Shown: positions 17,996 through 25,181 of the stretch, piece after piece | How the letters are laid out: every line of letters starts with the position of its first letter | Position numbering within the stretch: position 1 is the first letter of the stretch | Virus record (IMG/VR): IMGVR_UViG_3300017912_001846 | Location: 1-28,473 of that record | DNA: 28,473 nucleotides | Origin: a virus | Taxonomy: Duplodnaviria; Caudoviricetes | Direction: 5' to 3' (one strand) | Notes under the pieces: model-generated | The model's database searches: none | What the model was told of the DNA's origin: nothing | The model's input: the letters and a program-made list of their open reading frames with translations, nothing else | Made by a program: the position numbers and the translations under genes

Positions 17996-18471
17996 ACATC
18001 TTCGCCACCGACCCGTGCCCGATTCGCAGCGCGACTGTTCTTGCCAACCGACATGTCGTCAAGATGGCGCTGGAGAGCGCGCAGATGCTCTCGACAGCGC
18101 TTCGCGCAGCAGGAGTGACCGACTCCAGGCTCTACCGTGCAGCGTACCAAAAGCACCCTTGCACGCTGTGGGCTGGACAGACTCGCGCGAACTTCCTGTG
18201 GCTCTGCGACCATGCCGACGCGCTATGCGCTGAGAAGCTGTATCGCTACCCCAACAAGCCGCCGCACAAGTCGCAGACCGTCATCGACCTTGCGCGTTCT
18301 CTTGCGTCTCATGTGCCTGCCGGCGACCTGCTGCCGTTCGCGCAGGCAATGCCAGACGAGCATCGACACCAATGCGCGCACCTTGCCTATCGTCGCTACT
18401 TGCGCGCGAAGTATGACTCCTGGAGTCGCCCGCCTCGCTTCGGACGTCGCCTCGACTACCTGGAAGTCTGA
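17992..18471 (+). CDS. Pyrimidine dimer DNA glycosylase / endonuclease V (DenV)-like protein, 159 aa
   Basis: 'MNIF...HVVKMALESAQMLSTA...LYR...HPCTLWA...NFLWL...ALCAE..YRY...HKS...FAQAMPDE' is the characteristic pattern. Start is taken as MNIF at 17992. Confidence 0.85.
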   Translation: MNIFATDPCPIRSATVLANRHVVKMALESAQMLSTALRAAGVTDSRLYRAAYQKHPCTLWAGQTRANFLWLCDHADALCAEKLYRYPNKPPHKSQTVIDLARSLASHVPAGDLLPFAQAMPDEHRHQCAHLAYRRYLRAKYDSWSRPPRFGRRLDYLEV

Positions 18472-18476
18472 GCTTC

Positions 18477-18532
18477 AAAAAAAAAAACGAAGCAGCAGAA
18501 ATAGAAGATCGACGCTCGCGTAGTACGCGCAC
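18477..18532 (+). promoter_or_regulatory. Conserved early-type promoter, copy 4 (leaderless transcript)
   Basis: A11 (18477-18487), GAAATAG (18498-18504), CGCGTAGTACGCG (18517-18529), ATG at 18533. Confidence 0.75.
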
Positions 18533-18646
18533 ATGATCCTCAACCTACTGGTCACGATGGCGCTCATCCTCTTCGCTGAAGGCGAAGGCACGCGCCCGAT
18601 CCAGGCGCTCGCGCCTATCACTACTGACGACAAGGAAGTCGCATGA
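18533..18646 (+). CDS. 37-aa microprotein with hydrophobic N-terminus (MILNLLVTMALILFAEGEGTRPIQALAPITTDDKEVA)
   Basis: Not in the ORF track. Starts at the predicted +1 with no SD, and its stop overlaps the next ATG. Confidence 0.6.
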   Translation: MILNLLVTMALILFAEGEGTRPIQALAPITTDDKEVA

Positions 18647-18897
18647 CCCGTACCCACTTAGACGAGGTGCTTGACGCGCTTCGGCGCGCGATGGAAGAGC
18701 ACGGCTACCCCAACGAGTTTAGCGCGCGATGGCTGGCCGAGGAGCAAGGTTGCTGTTTGACCGTGCGGCAGATCCAGCGGGTCAGCAGGCACTGGCCAGC
18801 AGTCACGCTAGCGATGGACGACAGCACCCGGAGGCACGCGACCTATCTGAACGGGACATGGTCCTGCGAGGATCCTTTCAACAGGACAGACACATGA
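18643..18897 (+). CDS. Small HTH-like protein, 84 aa
   Basis: AAGGA RBS, 'FSARWLAEEQGCCLTVRQIQRV', ATGA-coupled. Confidence 0.7.
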   Translation: MTRTHLDEVLDALRRAMEEHGYPNEFSARWLAEEQGCCLTVRQIQRVSRHWPAVTLAMDDSTRRHATYLNGTWSCEDPFNRTDT

Positions 18898-19115
18898 ACA
18901 GGCACTTCGAAATCCACATCGACAATCGCGTCGAAGTCTACGCCGACATCAACCTGACCCCGCCCGAGCAGCGCGGTGGACCCTGGGATCTGACTGGCTA
19001 CTCCGAAGCTCATCGGTCAGGCATTTCGACGCACCTTCTGACCGCTGACATCAGGACGATGCAGGAGTGGTATGCGAAGCACGTCGTCGAGGTGGCGGGA
19101 GATCAGGAGCGATGA
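18894..19115 (+). CDS. Hypothetical protein, 73 aa
   Basis: ATG 18894 behind AGGA. ATGA overlaps on both sides (track start 18729 is unlikely). Confidence 0.7.
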   Translation: MNRHFEIHIDNRVEVYADINLTPPEQRGGPWDLTGYSEAHRSGISTHLLTADIRTMQEWYAKHVVEVAGDQER

Positions 19116-19414
19116 ACTCCTGGACCGCCATCGTTGAGCAAGCAGCTCGCACTGTTGCCCGTGGCAGAATTACAGAGCGCATCGTCGAAAGATGGGGTCG
19201 CGGTGAGAACGATATCGTCGTTTGTTGGGTACAGCATCCAGACTGGATTCGCGTCGTTGTCTGCGAAGGTCCGCGCTGGAGCGCGCACACGATTGACGAT
19301 GCCGACTTGTCAAGCGTGCGAGAGACGCTGTACGAGCTAGCAGCGTCGCGCATGCTCTACAACGCGTCAGCATGTCTGCCGTCGCCGTTGGGAGCTTGTT
19401 GTGGCACTTCATGA
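19112..19414 (+). CDS. Hypothetical protein, 100 aa
   Basis: ATG 19112 overlaps the upstream stop. 3' end uncertain. Confidence 0.55.
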   Translation: MNSWTAIVEQAARTVARGRITERIVERWGRGENDIVVCWVQHPDWIRVVVCEGPRWSAHTIDDADLSSVRETLYELAASRMLYNASACLPSPLGACCGTS

Positions 19415-19491
19415 CCGCGTCAACCTGCTGTGGATGCAGGAGCAGGACGACCGAGAGAGTTTGTGCGAATGGGCTGTTGTGCCTGCTCCAG

Positions 19492-19544
19492 AAAAAATCG
19501 CCCCGTGGGGAAATAGAGTTTCGGGGGCGGCGTATTACGCGCAC
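19492..19544 (+). promoter_or_regulatory. Conserved early-type promoter, copy 5
   Basis: A6 (19492-19497), GAAATAG (19510-19516), GCGTATTACGC (19530-19540), leader 'aacaacggagaacaacATG'. Confidence 0.75.
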
Positions 19545-19560
19545 AACAACGGAGAACAAC

Positions 19561-19770
19561 ATGACGAAGCACCCTGCCACCATGAACGCCCTTTGGAACT
19601 CGACTGGCCGCACGGCGATTATCGAGGGTCAGATTCGGACCATCGTGTCGCGTCGTCTCTGCTACGGAGCGTCGATTTCGCTTACGCTCGACCGCCCTCT
19701 TGACGGTTGCTCTTCGCGGCTGTTCACCGTCGAGCCGTCGAACCTTCATGTGGTCTGTCTCGTCAGCTAA
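19561..19770 (+). CDS. Hypothetical protein, 69 aa
   Basis: ATG 19561 has the conserved GGAG leader and promoter. Ends before the terminator. Confidence 0.7.
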   Translation: MTKHPATMNALWNSTGRTAIIEGQIRTIVSRRLCYGASISLTLDRPLDGCSSRLFTVEPSNLHVVCLVS

Positions 19771-19784
19771 TCCAGACCACAACG

Positions 19785-19813
19785 AAAAAGGGCCGCTAAT
19801 CGAAGCGGCCCTT
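19785..19813 (-). terminator. Intrinsic terminator, probably bidirectional
   Basis: AAGGGCCGCT-aatcga-AGCGGCCCTT perfect 10-bp stem with U5 on the - strand. Lies between convergent genes. Confidence 0.85.
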
Positions 19814-19830
19814 CCTGCTTTGGCGTAGTC

Positions 19831-20385
19831 CTAAGCAGACCGACCCAGGATCAGCAAGTCCCACGTGTTCGCGCTGGTGCTGCCCTGAGTGATGACAGCG
19901 AGTTCGTCAGTGCTTCCTGCGGCCACAGGAACCCCGCCCCGGCTCATCAGGATGACCCAGGAGCCGTCGCCGTCCTGACTGTTGTAGTCCGCAGCGACGA
20001 CGTTGCGGTCCGTAGCATCAGCCCAGAAGCCCTTATTCGAGGCTTCGACTCCGAAGCCATTGCTGGAGTCCGGACCGATATGCAAACGGTTCGCAGCGGT
20101 GCTGGACCGGTTGCGAATAGCAACGAGCACAACTTCAGCGAAGGTGATCGTGCTACCGCTCAGGTCAGTCAGACTGCCAGCAAGGTCGTATACGGTAGTG
20201 ACGCTCGCGCCGATGCCTGTCTCCTGCTTGGAGTAGACGAGGTCGATCTGTCCGTTGCTGGTGCCGTTGGCGAGGTCGAGGAACAGTTGCAGCGTGTGGT
20301 CGTTCACACCCTTCAGCGGTCCGCTTGACACCTTTTCCTTGCCCTTCAGGCTAATGACGATGCCGCCGTCGATAGTCGATGCCAT
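19831..20385 (-). CDS. Putative virion structural protein, 184 aa
   Basis: AGGA RBS, beta-rich G/S/T composition, directly after the tail tube gene. Confidence 0.65.
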   Translation of the reverse strand: MASTIDGGIVISLKGKEKVSSGPLKGVNDHTLQLFLDLANGTSNGQIDLVYSKQETGIGASVTTVYDLAGSLTDLSGSTITFAEVVLVAIRNRSSTAANRLHIGPDSSNGFGVEASNKGFWADATDRNVVAADYNSQDGDGSWVILMSRGGVPVAAGSTDELAVITQGSTSANTWDLLILGRSA

Positions 20386-20397
20386 GATGATTCCTGC

Positions 20398-20907
20398 TCA
20401 GGCGATGGTCGGCTTCAACTGGAACGACGTTCCGCTGATGCTGATCGTGTTGGGGTAGCCGTCAGCGCGAGAGCCTCGCAATGAGGAGTAGAGCAGCGTC
20501 ATCGTGATGTCGCTCTCACCGAAGTCGCTGCCTTCTTGGCTCAACTGCACGGTATACGTCTCGACGTCGCTGCTCGTACCCATGGTGCTGGCGAAGTTGT
20601 CTACGACGAAAGAAGGAGTCGCAAAGCGAACAGCGATGTCCCAGAGCGTCGCGTGGTCGCTCGCGCTGTACCAATTCCGCTCGTACGCTGAGAACGAGAA
20701 CGTCATTGGCGCGTCGTCGCCCTTGCGAATGGAGGGCTTCGTACCGACAGCAGGGAAAGCGCCCCGGTCAAGGAAGTTCTCGACGCTGTACAGCGGAATA
20801 TCGACGTTCAGGTCACCGGGCTCGTAGGCGACGGTATAGGTGTCCGAGCCATCCGTGATGGTGATAGTGATGTCTCGTTTCGTGCGGACGACAAGTGATT
20901 CGGCCAT
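20398..20907 (-). CDS. Putative major tail (tube) protein, 169 aa
   Basis: Size, acidic beta-rich pattern ('MTFSFSAY', 'NTISISGTS') and position after the neck genes. Confidence 0.65.
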   Translation of the reverse strand: MAESLVVRTKRDITITITDGSDTYTVAYEPGDLNVDIPLYSVENFLDRGAFPAVGTKPSIRKGDDAPMTFSFSAYERNWYSASDHATLWDIAVRFATPSFVVDNFASTMGTSSDVETYTVQLSQEGSDFGESDITMTLLYSSLRGSRADGYPNTISISGTSFQLKPTIA

Positions 20908-20910
20908 GGG

Positions 20911-21357
20911 TCAGCCTCCGAGGATGGCGTCGCGAGCGACGGAGAAGGTCATCGTGGTGATCCACCACTCATGACTCTGAGGATGGAGACGCCGATTCGG
21001 CGTTCCGATGTAGCTAAGGATCGCAGAGTTCAGCAGCAGCGGTCCAGTTGTCAACAGTCGCCGGATCTGCTCCTCCAGAACCATCGCCTCGTTGCGGCGT
21101 GCTTTCTGCTTCCTGGAGATGATTCGGTATCCGAATTCGAGTCGCAGGCTGTCCTGGACTCTAGCTAGCGTCGTGTCTCGATACTGCTGCGTATTGATAG
21201 ACGAGTCAGAAGCCAGCAGGACGCCCCGGTGCAGAAGCTCGTTCGGCGTACACGAGGCGAGCGTGCCGATGCGGTCTAGCACCTTCAGATCGAGGTCCGA
21301 GTCAGTCAGGCGCTGCTCGGCTGCCTCCAGATGGCTGTGCAGCATGACGTGGCTCAT
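20911..21357 (-). CDS. Putative tail terminator/neck protein, 148 aa
   Basis: Size and position between the adaptor and tail tube genes. ATGA-coupled. Confidence 0.55.
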   Translation of the reverse strand: MSHVMLHSHLEAAEQRLTDSDLDLKVLDRIGTLASCTPNELLHRGVLLASDSSINTQQYRDTTLARVQDSLRLEFGYRIISRKQKARRNEAMVLEEQIRRLLTTGPLLLNSAILSYIGTPNRRLHPQSHEWWITTMTFSVARDAILGG

Positions 21358-22142
21358 CGCTTGCTACCACCGCTGAAGGTGTATCGACCAGGACCGTTGC
21401 CCGCAGTAATGCTGAGGATCGGGTGCGAGTTGACGCTGCCGCGCTCGTTGGCGTCCATAGTGCCCGACTCGTTGCCGTCGTACCTGAACTCCAGCGTCTC
21501 CCAGGTCTTCGCGTAAAGTCCTGAGTTGTCGTTCGGGTTCCAGTAGTAGTCGCGCAGGCGCGCGTATTTGGAATCGCCGATGGTGCTGTAGAAGTCGTTA
21601 TAGATGAGGTGCAGCGTCAGGTAGATGTGGCAGAGGCGAACCTGCCATGCATCGAAGATGAGATGCGGACGGCGACCCTGAGCGATCAGGTTCGTCTGAA
21701 CAACCACGTTCGCATGCTCGCGCTGCTTCTGGTACGAGGTGTCGTCCAGGGCTTCGATGATGTCTGCTAGCTCGCTGTGGATGTCTGTCAGGTCGGTGTC
21801 AGTGATGACTGGACGGTAGATGGTGCGACACAGGTAAGCAGGAACAGGAGCCAGCGGGATCGCTGTACCGTCGAGGGTCGGCGTCCACTTGACGAGCCAA
21901 TCGTCAGCGAATGCGGTGTCGGTTCCGATGGTTGCCGAGGTCAGTGTGTAGGTACTCGGCGCGGCAGCGGTTGCCGAGGTGCCCGCTGCCACTACGTCCG
22001 TCGCGCCTCGCAGGACTTGAATCGTCACCGCAGACGGGGTCTGCTGAGTGCCAGCGAGGTCGTACACGTCCAGCGACAGCGTATTGTCGATGCCACGCTG
22101 GATGAAGTACGGGAGCTTGTGTCGGGCGATGTAGTCAGACAT
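21354..22142 (-). CDS. Putative head-tail adaptor with N-terminal Ig-like domain, 262 aa
   Basis: Beta-rich N-terminal half plus helical C-terminal half ('ITDTDL...YLTLHLIY...KY'). Position after the head genes. Confidence 0.55.
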   Translation of the reverse strand: MSDYIARHKLPYFIQRGIDNTLSLDVYDLAGTQQTPSAVTIQVLRGATDVVAAGTSATAAAPSTYTLTSATIGTDTAFADDWLVKWTPTLDGTAIPLAPVPAYLCRTIYRPVITDTDLTDIHSELADIIEALDDTSYQKQREHANVVVQTNLIAQGRRPHLIFDAWQVRLCHIYLTLHLIYNDFYSTIGDSKYARLRDYYWNPNDNSGLYAKTWETLEFRYDGNESGTMDANERGSVNSHPILSITAGNGPGRYTFSGGSKR

Positions 22143-22154
22143 AGTTTTAGGAAC

Positions 22155-22210
22155 GGGTGCCGGGGTGCAGCATCATCAAAGGGAGCGATGAGAGCCGCAA
22201 CCCAGCACCC
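22155..22210 (-). other. Long intergenic RNA hairpin
   Basis: About 22 bp in three helices, including G-U pairs that form only on the - strand. Loop CUCCCUU. Confidence 0.75.
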
Positions 22211-22218
22211 TAAATGAC

Positions 22219-22464
22219 CTAGCCGGTCAACTTACCGAGAGAGGTTTCAGCCTTCGCCTTCGCCGCTTCTGCCTTCTGAATGGCAGCAGCGACCTTCGCA
22301 GCTTCAGCGTAGTCTTCAGCGCCGACAGCTTGACGTAGAGCAGCGCGCAACTGAACGAGGTCGGCTTTCGCCTTAGAACGCTTCAGGAGGAGCGAACCGG
22401 CATCGGCCTTGCTTGCACCCTTCGAAGCAGCCTTCGTCGTCGCCTTGGGCTTCTTGGTAGGCAT
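22219..22464 (-). CDS. 81-aa Lys/Ala-rich protein with UVR (UvrB/UvrC)-like motif
   Basis: Basic N-terminal tail, then 'LRAALRQAVGAEDYAEAAKVAAAIQKAE'. Confidence 0.65.
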   Translation of the reverse strand: MPTKKPKATTKAASKGASKADAGSLLLKRSKAKADLVQLRAALRQAVGAEDYAEAAKVAAAIQKAEAAKAKAETSLGKLTG

Positions 22465-22472
22465 GAATCAGC

Positions 22473-22826
22473 CTACGAGAGAGCGATGGTGAAGACGAAT
22501 CCGAGAGTCCAAGTCAGACCGGTGTCTTCGACGAAGACGAGCGCCGCCTCGTTCTGGTTGACAGTAGCGAGGGTCGTGCTGCTGTCAGGCTGCTTGATGG
22601 TCAGGTTCTCGGATGCGTCAGCAGCGTTGACGATGAGGAACCAATCGCCCTTCGTCGCCTTGCGGAGATCAACTTCGCGCGCAGACCCACCCGGATCGAG
22701 CTTCTGGACATGAGCGTCTCGGTCCAGGAGAACGCGAGTCGCGCCGAGGGTTTCCGTGTTGAAGCCCCCGTCGAGAACCAGTCGTCGGACGAGCTTGAAC
22801 GGGTTTCCGCCCTTGAAAGTAGCCAT
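22473..22826 (-). CDS. Putative capsid decoration/head fibre protein, 117 aa
   Basis: GAGGAG RBS and small beta-sandwich pattern ('GDWFLIVN...LTI...W'). Head region. Confidence 0.55.
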   Translation of the reverse strand: MATFKGGNPFKLVRRLVLDGGFNTETLGATRVLLDRDAHVQKLDPGGSAREVDLRKATKGDWFLIVNAADASENLTIKQPDSSTTLATVNQNEAALVFVEDTGLTWTLGFVFTIALS

Positions 22827-22872
22827 GTTGTCTCCTCTTCCCGCCCACTGACGGGCCTTTCAGGATGTTTGA

Positions 22873-23199
22873 TTAGCGCTTCGGGCCGCGCTCCAGCCTT
22901 CGATCCATGCGCGTCGCGCATCGACGAACGATCTTGTCAGCATACGCCGGGTCGTTGCCAGCCTCGACGAGTTGTCGCTTCATGCGCCCCATCGTCTCGC
23001 GCATGCCAAGCACCTCGCCCCCGTTGGGCTTGTGCTTCATGTTGACGCGAATCCCGCCGTCTTCGTGCTGCATGCTGAAGTGCTGACCAGCCCTGACGAT
23101 GCGCGGCGTGATGTTGTCGAGCCAGTCGTCAGCCTCGCCGGGCTTTGCTGGTTCGTGCTGCTGCGCGACCTTCGTCTCAGCGGTGTCTTGGAATCCCAT
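22873..23199 (-). CDS. Hypothetical protein, 108 aa
   Basis: TGATG-coupled to the upstream gene. Confidence 0.7.
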   Translation of the reverse strand: MGFQDTAETKVAQQHEPAKPGEADDWLDNITPRIVRAGQHFSMQHEDGGIRVNMKHKPNGGEVLGMRETMGRMKRQLVEAGNDPAYADKIVRRCATRMDRRLERGPKR

Positions 23200-24176
23200 C
23201 AGCTATTGCTCCGAGCCTTGTCGAGTGCGACGTGGAGACGGTTCTGCAAAGCAGGACTCGCGCTCAGAGCCTCCAGGGCTGCATCGCGCCCTCGACCCAG
23301 GTTCTCGCCTTCGAACTTCAACCACGCGCCCGCCTTGACGACGACAGCCGAAGCCATCGCCATGTCAAGCAGATCAGCCGGATCAGTGTCGAAGGTGTCG
23401 AAGTTGTCAGCCGGGACTTGCGGCTGCGGCTGTGACTCAGCGGCTCCAGCGTGCGAGACCTGCTGGACCTGCGGAGACCGAAGCCCCATCCGACGCGTGA
23501 TCTCGCGCTCGTATACCGCCCAATCCTCCTCCATCGCCTCGATCTTCGCGCGCTGCTTGTCGATCTTGTGGTTGAGAGAAGGGTTCGCAGAAGCAGCCTG
23601 CTCGAACCGGCTCAGGCGGTTTCGCTCGATCCCCATCTTCTGCATGAAGTACTCGCGGACGAACGGATGAACGAGGTTCGTGTAGCGAAGGAAGGCATGA
23701 AAGGCGAGCAACGCTGGCTGAACGTCGTCGCTGTTCCACATGATCGAGCCGTTGGGCGTGACGAGTGCCTCTTGCCCTGGTTCGACGTACCACTCACCGC
23801 CGGTCGTCGTCGTGTAGAACTTGTTGTAGTGCATGTACGGACCCAACGCCGAATCGTTGGGGTACAGGACGCGCGCACCCGCTTCGGCATGACCGTTGAG
23901 CATGCCCCGCATATGCTGGATTCGGACCGGCTTAGCGTAGCCAGGATCCTTGACTCCGTTGACACCCGGCTTGCCGATGGCGCGCTTCGGGCGTGGCAAC
24001 CATCCGTACCGCTGCTTCGTCTCCGGGTCCACTTCCATCGAGTGATACCAGGACTGCTCGTAATGCACGAAGATGTATGTCTCGGCAGGACGAGGACCGC
24101 CGCGCTGAACCGGCAGCCCTTCCGGGGCGGCTTGTTCGTGAGTCTGCGCTTGCGGCTGAGTGAATCGGCGTTGCAT
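23199..24176 (-). CDS. Post-capsid protein, ~325 aa, with C-terminal RecA-CTD-like domain
   Basis: ATG 24176 behind GGGAG (alternative GTG 24233). Ends in 'DLLDMAMASAVVVKAGAWLKFEGENLGRGRDAALEALSASP'. No Walker motifs. Confidence 0.8.
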   Translation of the reverse strand: MQRRFTQPQAQTHEQAAPEGLPVQRGGPRPAETYIFVHYEQSWYHSMEVDPETKQRYGWLPRPKRAIGKPGVNGVKDPGYAKPVRIQHMRGMLNGHAEAGARVLYPNDSALGPYMHYNKFYTTTTGGEWYVEPGQEALVTPNGSIMWNSDDVQPALLAFHAFLRYTNLVHPFVREYFMQKMGIERNRLSRFEQAASANPSLNHKIDKQRAKIEAMEEDWAVYEREITRRMGLRSPQVQQVSHAGAAESQPQPQVPADNFDTFDTDPADLLDMAMASAVVVKAGAWLKFEGENLGRGRDAALEALSASPALQNRLHVALDKARSNS

Positions 24177-24248
24177 GGTTGCTGCTCCCTTGTTGCGTGA
24201 TGGTGTAGGAGGTGCCCAGCCGCCGCCGAGCACCTCCCCGAGACGCTA

Positions 24249-25181
24249 TCAGGCGTCCGAGATGACCTCGACACCGCGCAGGTCTTCGCGCTCGACGACC
24301 GCCGGGTACATGTTGAGGATCGCCTCGGTCATGCCGTTGGTCGCGTCACGGTTCCGCTCGACCCAGGCGACACCGAAGTCGGCCATGATGTCAGCAGGGT
24401 TGATCATCAGGCTGGCGACAACGCGCCGCCAAGCTCGCAGGGTGTACGCGAAGCAGCCGAAGCCGAACATCGCACCACTCCGATCCGCGCCACTGTTGAC
24501 CGTGGTCACGCTGTCGGACTGCATGAAGTTGATGTTGTTCCACGTTCCCTTCATGCCAGGACCGCTGAGACGCAACATCTCGGGAGTCGCCGGGACGAAC
24601 TGAATCGCACCGGGCTCGGCGCGAAGGCTGCTCTGGAAGTCGTTGAACTGCGTCGGGTGGGCGACGAAGTAGTAGGGACCGGGAACAGACTGGCTGTTCA
24701 ACTGGAATTGAGCGTCGTAGACGCTGTCGACATCCAGATCGACACCGCTGCCGGGGCCGACGTCGTTGGCAAGCGACGGGAACAACGCGCAGACGAGGTC
24801 GGTCAGGGTCAGGCCGATGCTCTGCTGCAAGCTGTTGATGACCTGCTGCATCTGCACCGGACCACCGTTGATGGCGAGCAGATCGGTCGGCTGGTACTGG
24901 AGCACATAGCGAGCCCAGGTCAGCGAGAACGAGCCGGTCGTGTACGCCGTGTTGCTCTGGCCACCGCTGGTTTCGGAGGAGGCAGCAGCAGCAGCCTGCG
25001 GGACCGCATCGAGAGTCACATCAACGGTATCGCTACCAGTGACACCATCGACGTCGATAAACTGCATGACGCTGCGAAGGTCGGTAGGGTCGAAAAGCTG
25101 CGCGAGCAGCATGTCGGACAGGACAGACGCGGACTGACCGCCGTTCGTCTGGAGTAGCGCGTGAGTGATCTCATTAGCCAT
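24249..25181 (-). CDS. Major capsid protein, 310 aa
   Basis: Follows the scaffold. Start MANEIT behind GGAG. HK97-like size and pattern ('YYFVAHPTQFNDF', 'VERNRDA', C-terminal 'RGVEVISDA'). Confidence 0.85.
   Translation of the reverse strand: MANEITHALLQTNGGQSASVLSDMLLAQLFDPTDLRSVMQFIDVDGVTGSDTVDVTLDAVPQAAAAASSETSGGQSNTAYTTGSFSLTWARYVLQYQPTDLLAINGGPVQMQQVINSLQQSIGLTLTDLVCALFPSLANDVGPGSGVDLDVDSVYDAQFQLNSQSVPGPYYFVAHPTQFNDFQSSLRAEPGAIQFVPATPEMLRLSGPGMKGTWNNINFMQSDSVTTVNSGADRSGAMFGFGCFAYTLRAWRRVVASLMINPADIMADFGVAWVERNRDATNGMTEAILNMYPAVVEREDLRGVEVISDA

Noticed and set aside
16471-18462. Exact 17-bp inverted repeat (16471-16487 and 18446-18462) as possible inversion sites
   Set aside because: Both copies are coding (RLDYL), no invertase is seen, inversion would break the chaperone fusion, and one such match is plausible by chance in 28 kb of biased sequence.
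23199-24176. Calling this gene recA or a recA pseudogene
   Set aside because: No Walker A/B or RecA core motifs are present, and the ORF is intact with an unrelated N-terminal domain.
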